A stretch of DNA of 64,000 nucleotides from Candidatus Hydrothermarchaeota archaeon (GTDB lineage Archaea; CAYFZR01): positions 23,111 to 87,110 of the forward strand of contig JBHIEG010000004.1 of assembly GCA_046760505.1 (NCBI GenBank). Direction: 5' to 3'. The translations under genes were made by a program, and so were the position numbers. Under the pieces are notes generated by a model. It was not told where the DNA came from. It ran no database searches and saw only the letters and a list, made by a program, of their open reading frames with translations. This document shows positions 50,048 to 59,510 of this stretch, piece after piece (position 1 is the stretch's first letter; each line of letters starts with the position of its first letter).

Positions 50048-51315
50048 AAGTTGAAGATTTTATTCGTGATACGAAAATTATCATACTTCTTTTGTTTCTG
50101 GCAGGGTCATTCACCCTTATCTTTTCAAAAGGCTTAGTAATGGGTCTTGATCTTCAAGGAGGAACAAGAATCATTGTAGAATTGAAGGAAAAGCCTGAAA
50201 ACAAGACAATGACTCAAGTAAGGGAGGAAGCAATCGATGTTTTGAAAATAAGGTTGAATGCCCTAGGTATTGGAGATATAACTCCGAAACCATGGGGAGA
50301 TCGATTTATTCTAATCGATGCCGCAATAAGGGGAAAAAATGAGAGTCAAATGAGAAAAGAAGCAGAGACCATACTCGGTATTCTGCAGGAAACAGGTGTT
50401 TTTGAGGCAAAAATTGGCAATAAAACTGTATTCACAGGAGAGGACATCGTTCAGGTATTCCCACCACGAGTATCTCAGATTCAAACTGCTGGAGGAACAT
50501 CATTCAGGTGGGAAGTTCCCTTTGCCCTCTCTTCTGAAGGAGCAAGACGTTTTGCAAACCTAACTAAAGATATGGAGAGTTACTACGATCAGAGCGAAGG
50601 AAAGAGATATCTTGTCAAGCCTCTTGATATGTATCTAGATAAATCTCTGGAATCCAGTCCAAGGATCTCCGCAGATTTAGCAGGGAGAATAGAGCAAAGA
50701 GTGGAGATAAGTGGTGTGAATGCTTCTCATAGATTCGCATTAAAAGAAGCAGAGAGAATCAAGTCAATATTGACCTCTGGTCGCCTACCTGTAGAAATAG
50801 AGATCGTGCAGAAAAAAAGCGTTTCACCTAGGCTTGGTGAAGGTTTCATAGAAGCATCAAGAATTATGGGCCTTCTTGCTGTTTTTGTAGTTGCAGCCAT
50901 AGTCTTCGGTAGATATAAAGAAAAGAAGATCGTTGTCCCGATAATTGTTACGTGTATAAGCGAGGTAGTAATAATTTTAGGTTTTGCCTCTTTCATAAGG
51001 TGGAACCTAGACCTTGCATCGATAGGGGGTATAATAGCAGCAGTCGGCACCGGGGTAGATCATCAAATCGTAATAACAGATGAGGTTTTGAGAGGAGAGA
51101 CAAGAAGAACTGCTTACGGTATAAAAAAAGGCATAGATATGGCCTTTTTCATTATCCTTGCTGCTGCGGCAACCACAATTGTTGCAATGATACCGCTTTT
51201 CAGAATTATAGATGTAAGAGGATTTGCCCTGACCACGATAGTTGGGGTGTTTGTCGGCGTGTTTGTAACAAGGCCAGCTTATGCGAGGATCATCGCCATT
51301 TTACTTAAAGAGTAA
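50044..51315 (+). CDS. secD: protein translocase subunit SecD
   Basis: GLDLQGGT, SGRLP, GTGVDHQIVITDE, GFALTT, TRPAY. Confidence 0.93.
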   Translation: MKVEDFIRDTKIIILLLFLAGSFTLIFSKGLVMGLDLQGGTRIIVELKEKPENKTMTQVREEAIDVLKIRLNALGIGDITPKPWGDRFILIDAAIRGKNESQMRKEAETILGILQETGVFEAKIGNKTVFTGEDIVQVFPPRVSQIQTAGGTSFRWEVPFALSSEGARRFANLTKDMESYYDQSEGKRYLVKPLDMYLDKSLESSPRISADLAGRIEQRVEISGVNASHRFALKEAERIKSILTSGRLPVEIEIVQKKSVSPRLGEGFIEASRIMGLLAVFVVAAIVFGRYKEKKIVVPIIVTCISEVVIILGFASFIRWNLDLASIGGIIAAVGTGVDHQIVITDEVLRGETRRTAYGIKKGIDMAFFIILAAAATTIVAMIPLFRIIDVRGFALTTIVGVFVGVFVTRPAYARIIAILLKE

Positions 51316-51416
51316 AATTACCGTAAAAATATAGACAAAAAAAGAGAGTTGATGGTTGAGAAGCATTGTTAAATGTTGTATAACAAAAAATTAAAATACA
51401 AACCCACATAATTCTT

Positions 51417-52286
51417 ATGACGGTGCATCCAATGAAAACTCACTCGGTAAAGGCAGTAGTTTTCACTTCTCCTTATTGCGTTGTATGTGAGATCCTTGCA
51501 TCTCAGTTGATGGACATTGCCGATGAAATCAAGATTCCGGTTAAGGTATACATGGTTGACGTAGTTGAGGCTCCAGACATGGCAGGGAAATATTGCATAA
51601 GAACTGTTCCAACTACATTTATCGGTGAAGAAAGGTTCGAGGGAACAGTAGACGATGAGGATCTCCGTGAATTACTGACAACTGCATATTGTGAACGTCA
51701 GGCATCTCCAATTGATAAGGATGAGAGGCTTTTTCAGGTGGCAAAATCGTATCCCATGTACTGGTACGAACTTGCGAGCAAGATTAACGTAATGGTCAAA
51801 GACTCGATAAAAAAAAGTATTAAAGGTGAGGAGATGAGAAATATGGGTGATAAGGCTACCATGCATCTCATCAATACCTTAGGACTTTCATTAATTGAAG
51901 AGAGTAAAGGGAGGAAAATAGGACACATTCTGAGAAGATCTGCCAATTTAGTAGCGGATGCTTGTATTGAATCCATTGACCTTGAGAGAGTCGAATCTAT
52001 TGAATCTGAGATTAAAAAATATGCTGAGAGACTGGGATTAGGAAGAATTGAGTTAGTAAAGGAAACCCCTGAAAAGATGATATGCCGTGTTCATGAGTGT
52101 TATCTGTGTGTTTTTTTCAAAGATCAAAAATTTGAGTTAGACTTTCCTTATTGTTTGTGGATGGGCGAGTTTCTTTTAGCAGTTTTCTCCCATGTAGCAG
52201 AAGTTACCACGTTCAAAGAGATTCGGTGCACGGGTATGGGAGATCCGTACTGCGAATTCGAGCTGTATAAAAGAAAGAAAACATGA
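51417..52286 (+). CDS. thioredoxin-like plus V4R domain protein
   Basis: TSPYCVVC..TVPT thioredoxin fold; LGLG, VHECYLC and EIRCTGMGDPYCEF of V4R. Confidence 0.82.
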   Translation: MTVHPMKTHSVKAVVFTSPYCVVCEILASQLMDIADEIKIPVKVYMVDVVEAPDMAGKYCIRTVPTTFIGEERFEGTVDDEDLRELLTTAYCERQASPIDKDERLFQVAKSYPMYWYELASKINVMVKDSIKKSIKGEEMRNMGDKATMHLINTLGLSLIEESKGRKIGHILRRSANLVADACIESIDLERVESIESEIKKYAERLGLGRIELVKETPEKMICRVHECYLCVFFKDQKFELDFPYCLWMGEFLLAVFSHVAEVTTFKEIRCTGMGDPYCEFELYKRKKT

Positions 52287-52393
52287 TTCTTCATATTTCT
52301 ATAACTCTATAAATCTACGAAAAATTTGAAATGCGAAAATTTTAAATAACGATAAGGTCACCGATATACTCGCAAAAATTGATTTAAGGAAGG

Positions 52394-52639
52394 ATGAGTG
52401 GCTTAATGGGGAGTAAACCAAAATTTATCATTACTTGTGACTACTGTAAAAAAGAAACCGATAAAATCGTTGAATGTTACATGTGCGGAAAACTTACCTG
52501 TTTAGATTGCGAAAGAATACTTGCCGGACATTACTCCGATGGAAGACTTTTCGCACATATAGTGTGTCCCTCTTGCAAAGTTGAGGCGACATATCCTAGA
52601 TTCAAGGTTTACGAAGAAAAAGAGGAAAAGGGAAAGTAA
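52394..52639 (+). CDS. small double zinc-finger protein
   Basis: Four CxxC pairs (CDYC, CYMC, CLDC, CPSC). Confidence 0.75.
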   Translation: MSGLMGSKPKFIITCDYCKKETDKIVECYMCGKLTCLDCERILAGHYSDGRLFAHIVCPSCKVEATYPRFKVYEEKEEKGK

Positions 52640-52646
52640 TTCTGAT

Positions 52647-52838
52647 TTATTCTTTACTAAACTCTCTTATCACGGCATAGATATTTGTAAAAAAACCTGC
52701 AAAAAAGCCACAAATGAAACCGATTGTTGACCAGGTTGTACCGAATTTTTTTCCGATGAGGTACCCAATAAATCCAAATAAGATGCTAGATAAAGCCAAT
52801 TTTACCCCAAAAGTCATGGCTTGGATAGTTTTTCTCAT
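52647..52838 (-). CDS. AtpZ/AtpQ (ATP synthase gene 1)-like two-TM protein
   Basis: GVKLALSSILFGFIGYLIGKKFG..GFFAGF pattern; last gene of the I-K-C module; paralog of 60363..60572. Confidence 0.7.
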   Translation of the reverse strand: MRKTIQAMTFGVKLALSSILFGFIGYLIGKKFGTTWSTIGFICGFFAGFFTNIYAVIREFSKE

Positions 52839-52886
52839 TTTACATCTTTTCTCATTTTACATCATTTATCTTATATCGTTTTTATC

Positions 52887-53219
52887 TTACATCGTTTCGA
52901 TGTATAAAATTTCTATCATGAGTGATGTGAATGAAATAAAGAGGATGAGGCAGTATATTTTACCAATCGTGCTCTTTACTATCACTTTGTGCATAACAAG
53001 CACCACGCCCAATGAGGAAAGCGCGAGCCAGAGGGATATTCCGAAAGTGATGTAAAGTAGATTTACTTTTGCTAGGAGCAGCAACCCATAGAAGAACCCA
53101 ACCAAAATTAATTGTAAACTGAGGGTGGAAACTAAAAAAATATCATTTGCATGCTCTACTCGTGCCAAAATTTGTCTTTTTCTAAGTCGTTTCAAGAGCC
53201 AGATATTTGTCGATTTCAT
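52887..53219 (-). CDS. small hydrophobic membrane protein (possible UncI/AtpR-like)
   Basis: About three TM helices; lies between the C subunit and the AtpZ-like gene; start uncertain. Confidence 0.5.
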   Translation of the reverse strand: MKSTNIWLLKRLRKRQILARVEHANDIFLVSTLSLQLILVGFFYGLLLLAKVNLLYITFGISLWLALSSLGVVLVMHKVIVKSTIGKIYCLILFISFTSLMIEILYIETM

Positions 53220-54342
53220 CCGGGCTCAAGCCCTCCTGTATTCCCGTTAGTATACTGCGGACACAATCAATCTCAATCTCTTTTATTAGTAAGAAGGCGA
53301 TTATTGGACCGGCTCCAAATGATCTTTTCAGTGAGATATCCCGCACTCTACTAATCAAAATTTTTTGTAGGTATTTCTCAATTCCAACGTAGTCTTTATC
53401 TCTCTCAAATTCCTTAATGGCTTGTGTTATGAACTCCCCATAGGGAGTAGCAGTTAATAGATTTAATATATCCTCTATCTTATCCAGCTGGACAAGGCTG
53501 TTCATGGTTTCTGGATCGATTTCAAATCCTGGGTAAATTAAATTCTCTTTTATGGTTTCTGGTGGTACCTGATCCACTTTTAATCTGATGATAAGTCTTA
53601 TATTGGTAATATCTATAATGGTCCCGATTAGAGTGAGAAGATCTTCTCTGTCCTCCCCCTTAATGTCTTCTATGAGTCGATGGCATTTCGAGAAATAATA
53701 TCTAAATAAAAGAGTTGTTAGTGGCGATATCGAGCCGGTTTCTCTCCAGTCTCGAACACCTTCTGTAATCAGTGCAGCGTACTCTGTTTCGTCTAACTTG
53801 GGCAAAATTTCACCTAACTCTTGAGTCTCGTACATTGATTTTACTAGATCAAAATCGATTGTTCCTATTCTGATTAGATCGACTGGCATTTCAATGATTC
53901 TTTCCTTTGAATATGCCTCTAATAGGACTCTTTTAATGTTTCTGATATCCCATCTTGCTCTAACAAATGAATCAAAAAAGCCCCTTAGGTGCTGAGGAAT
54001 AACAAGGTCAATTTCCTCCTGAGTATGTGCCAGATATAACCTCAGACCCACTTCGTATCCGTTTTCCAGACTCAGGTAGGTGGGATAGTCCAAACCTTCG
54101 AGGCTGGATATGAACACTGGAACGTTATCAGCCTCTGTTAATTCCTTGATTTTGGAGGAAGAAAGGAGTTTGCCTTCCATTGTTCTTATACCTGAAACGG
54201 GATAGAAATAAGGTATTTTTCTGTACAGCCATTGTACTGTCGGGGCTATTAGAATTGCAATTAGCATGAAACCTAGGAAAATAACAATTATCAGAGCTGC
54301 CTCGAATCCCACTAGTTCTACCAGATAATCAAACAACCCCAA
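53182..54342 (-). CDS. atpC: A/V-type ATPase subunit C (d), paralog A
   Basis: N-terminal TM; YPVSGIRTMEGKLL; WDIRNIK; IDITNIRLIIRLK; FLLIKEIEI. Confidence 0.85.
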   Translation of the reverse strand: MGLFDYLVELVGFEAALIIVIFLGFMLIAILIAPTVQWLYRKIPYFYPVSGIRTMEGKLLSSSKIKELTEADNVPVFISSLEGLDYPTYLSLENGYEVGLRLYLAHTQEEIDLVIPQHLRGFFDSFVRARWDIRNIKRVLLEAYSKERIIEMPVDLIRIGTIDFDLVKSMYETQELGEILPKLDETEYAALITEGVRDWRETGSISPLTTLLFRYYFSKCHRLIEDIKGEDREDLLTLIGTIIDITNIRLIIRLKVDQVPPETIKENLIYPGFEIDPETMNSLVQLDKIEDILNLLTATPYGEFITQAIKEFERDKDYVGIEKYLQKILISRVRDISLKRSFGAGPIIAFLLIKEIEIDCVRSILTGIQEGLSPDEIDKYLALETT

Positions 54343-54352
54343 TCAGATGCAC

Positions 54353-54829
54353 CTATCCGAGTAGACCGGAGTTCAGTAAGATCATGACAGCCATGACAAA
54401 TCCCAGTATAGCGAAGAATTCTGCCATTATTCCAAATACCATGGATTTTCCGAATACTTCTTCATTCTTCGCAGTGGCGCTTATGCCCCCTGCACAGGTT
54501 ATTCCCTGCCCTATTGCTGTTAGACCTGCTACTCCCATGCATAAACCCGCAGCAATAGCAGCGAGGCTTACTGGACTTGTAATCTCCTTTCCTGAAAGAA
54601 GGGCGCCAGAAAGAATGAATATACCTACCAAAAATCCGTAGATCCCCTGAGTTTGAGGTAATTGCTGTAGTATTAGGGATTTACTGAACTTCTTCGGATC
54701 TTGCGCAGTAACTCCAGCTGCAGAGGCTCCAGCAATACCGACACCCAGTGCTGCCCCGAATCCCGCAATTCCAACTGATAGTCCAATACCTATGGTTGCG
54801 AGAGCAGCAGTTTGCGTCAATTCAACCAT
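54353..54829 (-). CDS. atpK: A/V-type ATPase subunit K/c, two hairpins, one Na+-type site
   Basis: LPQTQGIYG, AIGQG, MAEFFAILG; GAGGTG RBS before ATG 54829. Confidence 0.92.
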   Translation of the reverse strand: MVELTQTAALATIGIGLSVGIAGFGAALGVGIAGASAAGVTAQDPKKFSKSLILQQLPQTQGIYGFLVGIFILSGALLSGKEITSPVSLAAIAAGLCMGVAGLTAIGQGITCAGGISATAKNEEVFGKSMVFGIMAEFFAILGFVMAVMILLNSGLLG

Positions 54830-56945
54830 AGTCACACCTCCTTAATTTTGTATATTTTCTTACAGCGCGGAAGGGAATGTACTTATCTCCTCCACCTTCA
54901 TAGAACTTTCCAAATAATTCTGCATAGTGTAATCTCAATGAATGGATGAATCCACCGAGAGAATTTAATCCGAAACTTGTCAAGTGTCCTATGAACAATA
55001 TCAAAAATACCAAGAAAAGTGCAAGTAAACCAAAAGGAGATTTCATTCCATTGCTTATTATACCAAAGATGCTTGTGTATCCACCTATCTCTGCCAATCC
55101 CATGGTGGTTGCCAAGATATAAGCAGTTACATTTACAGCTAGAGCCAAGCCACCCGTTGCCATTGCAAGCGCCAGAATTCTTGAATAAGAGATCAGATCG
55201 CCAAGAAGTCCGGTACAATCGAAAAAGCCTAGTGGACCTCCGCGTACTATTACTAATGCAGAGCCAACCAAGAGCAAGTAGAGTCCATATTTGAAGGCTT
55301 TTTCAGTGATAGCTTTAACTCCAAACAACTTGAATAACACAAGTATTAGGCCTATTTCGAGTGTCAATAATCCAACTTGACCTATAGCTTCTCTCAAGTT
55401 TTTATTCTCTAACGCATTCTTGAAAGAAATGAGAATCCCTATATCCATATGAACGGCTCCCAAAAGTACTGAAACTACTAATACTAGCAAAACCGGACTT
55501 ATTGGATGGCCTAAAAACAGTAATGACTCGGTAGCAAAGGGATCTACCCATATAGGCTTTGTTTCAAAGTTTAGGAAACGTTCTGAAAAATCTCCAAGGT
55601 AACTGCCTGTTAGAATACCGAAGAATATTGCTGAGAGTCCGCCTATTATAAGGATACTAGAAACGTCGTTTATACTCTCGTTGATTTTTCCATGACCCTT
55701 TTTCACGAGCAGGGCAAAAATTACGGCCATCAACCCGTAAATAGCATCTGTTAGCATAAAACCAAAGAATACTGTGAAGAAAACTGCTATTATCAAGGTT
55801 GGATCGAGTTCTCCCTTCTTTGGTAGTCCAAACATTCCGGTCAGCATCTCGTAAGGCTTTATAAGCTTGGGATTCTCAAGCAGAACCGGAGGCTCTTCTT
55901 CAGAGGAACTTTGGGCTTCCTCTACCAATACACATCCATCGGTAATTTCCTCGGATAGTTTCTTTACCCTATCAAGATTTCTCTTTGGACACCATGCCTC
56001 AAGGATAACAGCGTTTTTTGTCTCAAGAAGGAAAGGGGTTATTCCTTCTCTCTCAGCCTCTATGACAGAGATTTCATGGTTTAATAGCATGTTCCACTCA
56101 TTTTCTTTGACAATTTCGTATGCCGATTCAATTATCCTCTTTTCTTCGGCCTCTAGTTCATCAAGGGCTCTTTCTATTTTCTCTACAGACTCTGAAGGCG
56201 TACCTTCAACTTCTGGCAATTCAATAGACTCAAACTTAACTTTCAACAAAAAATCGTTTACCACTTCCATAAACTCATTGGTTGTTATTACAACCACTAG
56301 TGATCTTCCGTCTATCTCTTCGGCGTGGAAAAATAAGCATTCATTTGTTAAAGATCTTAAAATTTCTAATTCTTTCACTTTCTCCAGAGATATAGTACCG
56401 ATCCAGATTTTGCAAAACTTGTAATTTTCTTCCTTTAAATACTCAACATTTACATCTAAAGGTTCCAGCAATTTTAGTGTATTTAAATAATCCCTAAACC
56501 TGTCTTTTTCAGAATCGATTTCGTTCAGTCTTGTCTCAAAAACACTTACCTCATTCTCGATTTCCGATATGCTGGTCTCTAGACGGTTAATCAGCTCATC
56601 TACTTCAAGTTTGTCTATCTCTTCCCCTTCTATAACTCCTGGAAACAAAGCCGAGTAAATGTTGTTCAGCGCTGCTCGAACTTTTGATTTTAAATTTCCT
56701 TTTTTTGTTTCAGAACCTTTTATATCTTTTATTACATCGAAAAATGTGAGTATACGCCTGAACCTCATTGAGAAGTGCAGAAAAATACGCTCTTCACCCT
56801 TTGATTCTTCAGCAAATTCTGATAATTCTTTGCTGGTTTCTTTAACTTGGAGAAGCCCTTCTTCGTGCAGCGCTCTGATGAGGGGGGCAGCAAAGTATTT
56901 ATGCGTAACTATTACTACCTTTTTCATCTCTGCAGGCCGCATCAT
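54822..56945 (-). CDS. atpI: A/V-type ATPase subunit I (a), paralog 2
   Basis: MRPAEMKK, PPVLLENP, GFMLTDAIYG, SYSRILALAMATGG, HSLRLHYAELFGKFY. Confidence 0.93.
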   Translation of the reverse strand: MMRPAEMKKVVIVTHKYFAAPLIRALHEEGLLQVKETSKELSEFAEESKGEERIFLHFSMRFRRILTFFDVIKDIKGSETKKGNLKSKVRAALNNIYSALFPGVIEGEEIDKLEVDELINRLETSISEIENEVSVFETRLNEIDSEKDRFRDYLNTLKLLEPLDVNVEYLKEENYKFCKIWIGTISLEKVKELEILRSLTNECLFFHAEEIDGRSLVVVITTNEFMEVVNDFLLKVKFESIELPEVEGTPSESVEKIERALDELEAEEKRIIESAYEIVKENEWNMLLNHEISVIEAEREGITPFLLETKNAVILEAWCPKRNLDRVKKLSEEITDGCVLVEEAQSSSEEEPPVLLENPKLIKPYEMLTGMFGLPKKGELDPTLIIAVFFTVFFGFMLTDAIYGLMAVIFALLVKKGHGKINESINDVSSILIIGGLSAIFFGILTGSYLGDFSERFLNFETKPIWVDPFATESLLFLGHPISPVLLVLVVSVLLGAVHMDIGILISFKNALENKNLREAIGQVGLLTLEIGLILVLFKLFGVKAITEKAFKYGLYLLLVGSALVIVRGGPLGFFDCTGLLGDLISYSRILALAMATGGLALAVNVTAYILATTMGLAEIGGYTSIFGIISNGMKSPFGLLALFLVFLILFIGHLTSFGLNSLGGFIHSLRLHYAELFGKFYEGGGDKYIPFRAVRKYTKLRRCDYG

Positions 56946-56961
56946 CTAAGTACACCATGGA

Positions 56962-57378
56962 CTAAAGTGCCTTCAACTCGACCTTGAACACATTTTCAAC
57001 CTGCCTTATGTCATCGGCTAATTTTTCAAGGTTTGCTTTATCAGGTCCGGAGAGAAATCCTTCCCAAATACAAGCTTCTTTTGCATAGCAAAATCCAGTT
57101 GTATGTATGATCTTCACTTTTGCATCTGCCAGCTTCAATTCTAACTTGTGAGTGGTGTCGTAGATATCCTTTGCAACGATCCTCAATTTGTACAGTTCTT
57201 TATCGATCTTCATTAATCTAACTTGCTTCCTCTCTGGAATTAATATGGTAGCCACTGCATCTCCATCCTTTAGATTTAAGGCTTCCAGAATATTTTTAGG
57301 GATTTCGATTTTTCCATCTTTAATTTCACACCTCTCTCCTACGGATATCTCCGGAAACTCTTCAACTTTCTTTTCCAT
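56962..57378 (-). CDS. AbrB/MazE-like plus ACT-like domain protein
   Basis: DGKIEIPKNILEALNLKDGD (AbrB signature) followed by a beta-alpha-beta-beta-alpha-beta pattern. Confidence 0.7.
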   Translation of the reverse strand: MEKKVEEFPEISVGERCEIKDGKIEIPKNILEALNLKDGDAVATILIPERKQVRLMKIDKELYKLRIVAKDIYDTTHKLELKLADAKVKIIHTTGFCYAKEACIWEGFLSGPDKANLEKLADDIRQVENVFKVELKAL

Positions 57379-57791
57379 ACTTCCACCTCTAAACTTTTAA
57401 TCAGGTCCAAATAATCTTCTCCAGCTTTTGAAAGAACTATCTTATCGTTTTGTCTCTCGACAAGACCCAAAACCTCCAACATTTTAGATCTTCTTTCTAT
57501 AAGACCCCTAGGCAGGCCTGTTAGAGTTTCTATTTGCTCTATATCATGAACTCCTGTTCCCGCGGTTTTAAGTATTAATGTCCCTGCTTCACCGAGTCTT
57601 ATTTCAGTTTTTCTTAGTAAATTCTCAATGCGCTTAAACTGGAGTGGCAGGAGGAGCCAATAACCCACAATTGATGCGATTGTTGCTATAATTACTGAGG
57701 CCCATATCAATACGTTTAGACCAAAATAAGATATGAGCAATACTATCACGAAGATGCCAATACTTCCCATTGATGCGATGTTGACTCTCAT
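57339..57791 (-). CDS. membrane protein with C-terminal winged-helix domain
   Basis: Two TM helices, then IEQIETLTGLPRGLIERRSKMLEVLGLV..LSKAG. Confidence 0.72.
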   Translation of the reverse strand: MRVNIASMGSIGIFVIVLLISYFGLNVLIWASVIIATIASIVGYWLLLPLQFKRIENLLRKTEIRLGEAGTLILKTAGTGVHDIEQIETLTGLPRGLIERRSKMLEVLGLVERQNDKIVLSKAGEDYLDLIKSLEVEVWKRKLKSFRRYP

Positions 57792-58008
57792 TGAAATTTT
57801 CCCCCATGTTGTTATTTCAAGTTTGATCTAAAATAATATATTAAATTTTTCGTATATAATGCCCTGATAGTTGTAATTAAAATTAAGAACAGTTGATAGA
57901 ATACCTTATACAAAAAACCCCGAGTCTCATCGTTTTTTCTCCAAAAAAAGTTGTATGCATTTTAAAAAAAAATTGTAAGAAAATTATATAAAAAATGTAC
58001 AAAGGAGT

Positions 58009-59478
58009 TTATTCTTCTTCCACCCTCTTTATTAGTTTTACAATACTCTCTCCTTTTCTGGTTAATTTTAGTCCTTTTTCCGTTTCTGCAACCAAACCCA
58101 TCAATCTGAGCACTCTCAGTCTTTCTTCTATTCTATGTCTCGGTAATCCGGTGGTGGACTCTATTCCTTCAATGTCTTTAGCCCCATAGTGGATTGACAT
58201 TGTTATAAGGCGACCCATCTCGCCTAGGTCAATATCAAGCCTGGTTCTAATTGCTTCCGGCTCAAACAATTCTATTACTGGAACTGCCACTCCATATTCA
58301 ATGAGTTTTTGAGTTTGTTCAGAGTCATATCCCTCTTCCTTGCATTTAAGAACTGTTCTAATATCATTAATTTCATTCTCCCTTTGAAGTAGATAGTTTA
58401 CGAGCGGTGAAATAGAAAAAGGCTGCCTTAAGGAGAGTGCCAACTCAGTCTCCAACAAGAATTCATCAAGTTTTCTTTCAAAAGGAATTATTGACCCGAT
58501 TTCTTCGTATTCGGGCAATAGTTCACTTATTATTCTACCGTAAGGAGTTCCCTCGAGACCGCTTATGACCTCTTCTACGTTATATGCCTCTGCTAGGCTC
58601 AAGAGAACCTCAGGCATTATGTTATAGCCAATCGGTATGAGCAGACTTTTTATGTCTTCCGGAGAAACGTTCTCTGACTTCAGTCTTAGCAGATTCTTTA
58701 TATTTTCTATGTCAATCCATGTTCCGAGGAATACCTTGAACATCTTTAGCTCATCTGTTAAACCTGATGCAACCAGCGACCAAACTTTAAAGTAGTAATA
58801 CCTGTCTAGAGCACTTTCCAGGACCAAAAGAGATTTTTTCTCTTCATAATCCGGTAAAACTTCCTTGAGAACATTCGCATACTCCGTACCCTCGAGTTTT
58901 GAGATGAATTCTTCCATACTCCTAGAATCAGCAAGGGTTTCCAACTCAGTTAGGTCAAGATCGCCAATGGGTATCATCGTATTGATATCTGGCATTACAT
59001 TTGCATGGATCGCCCTGATTATCTTTTTTAGGTTTTTTATTTCCCATCTCTTCGTCCATGCAGCAACAATCCTTTTGGCATCTTCTGGAGAGTAATGTAA
59101 AATCTTCTCGTATACATCCTTCAAACAGCGGTTAAACATAATTTCAGCATCGAATAATCCCTTGCTTTCCGCTAAAACTTCTTCTGTATATTTCCCATAT
59201 TCTGTATCGCCCAGGTTTACCATAGCTTCAATCAAAGAATCAGATTCTAAAAGTTGATTGAATTTAGGTTTGCCGATGTATTTTGCTTCCATTGCCCGAA
59301 TTTTTGCGTTAAGCAAAGAATATGGTGCAATATCTGTCACGAACCTAATAATGGGTATAATGATGATTATAAAACACAGAATCGCCAAAAGAAGAACTAG
59401 AAAGAAGAAAATTTGAGGATGGTCTGAAAATCCAAAAACTTCTGCAATGGCTAGGTAATCTTCGATACCGCCTACCAT
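58009..59478 (-). CDS. atpC: A/V-type ATPase subunit C (d), paralog B, fused to a C-terminal winged-helix domain
   Basis: PYSLLNAKIRAMEAK, WEIKNLK, LEGTEY, IDIENIKNLLRLK, ENEINDIR, then IESTTGLPRHRIEERLRVLRLMGLV..LTRKG. Confidence 0.88.
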   Translation of the reverse strand: MVGGIEDYLAIAEVFGFSDHPQIFFFLVLLLAILCFIIIIIPIIRFVTDIAPYSLLNAKIRAMEAKYIGKPKFNQLLESDSLIEAMVNLGDTEYGKYTEEVLAESKGLFDAEIMFNRCLKDVYEKILHYSPEDAKRIVAAWTKRWEIKNLKKIIRAIHANVMPDINTMIPIGDLDLTELETLADSRSMEEFISKLEGTEYANVLKEVLPDYEEKKSLLVLESALDRYYYFKVWSLVASGLTDELKMFKVFLGTWIDIENIKNLLRLKSENVSPEDIKSLLIPIGYNIMPEVLLSLAEAYNVEEVISGLEGTPYGRIISELLPEYEEIGSIIPFERKLDEFLLETELALSLRQPFSISPLVNYLLQRENEINDIRTVLKCKEEGYDSEQTQKLIEYGVAVPVIELFEPEAIRTRLDIDLGEMGRLITMSIHYGAKDIEGIESTTGLPRHRIEERLRVLRLMGLVAETEKGLKLTRKGESIVKLIKRVEEE

Positions 59479-59510
59479 AACTTTACACCGCTTGTACCTT
59501 TGAGTGGAAT

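Noticed and set aside
53182-59478. N-terminal TM helix on both C subunits as a novelty
   Set aside because: Hydrophobic N-terminal extensions are already known in C subunits of Methanobacteriales and Thermococcales.
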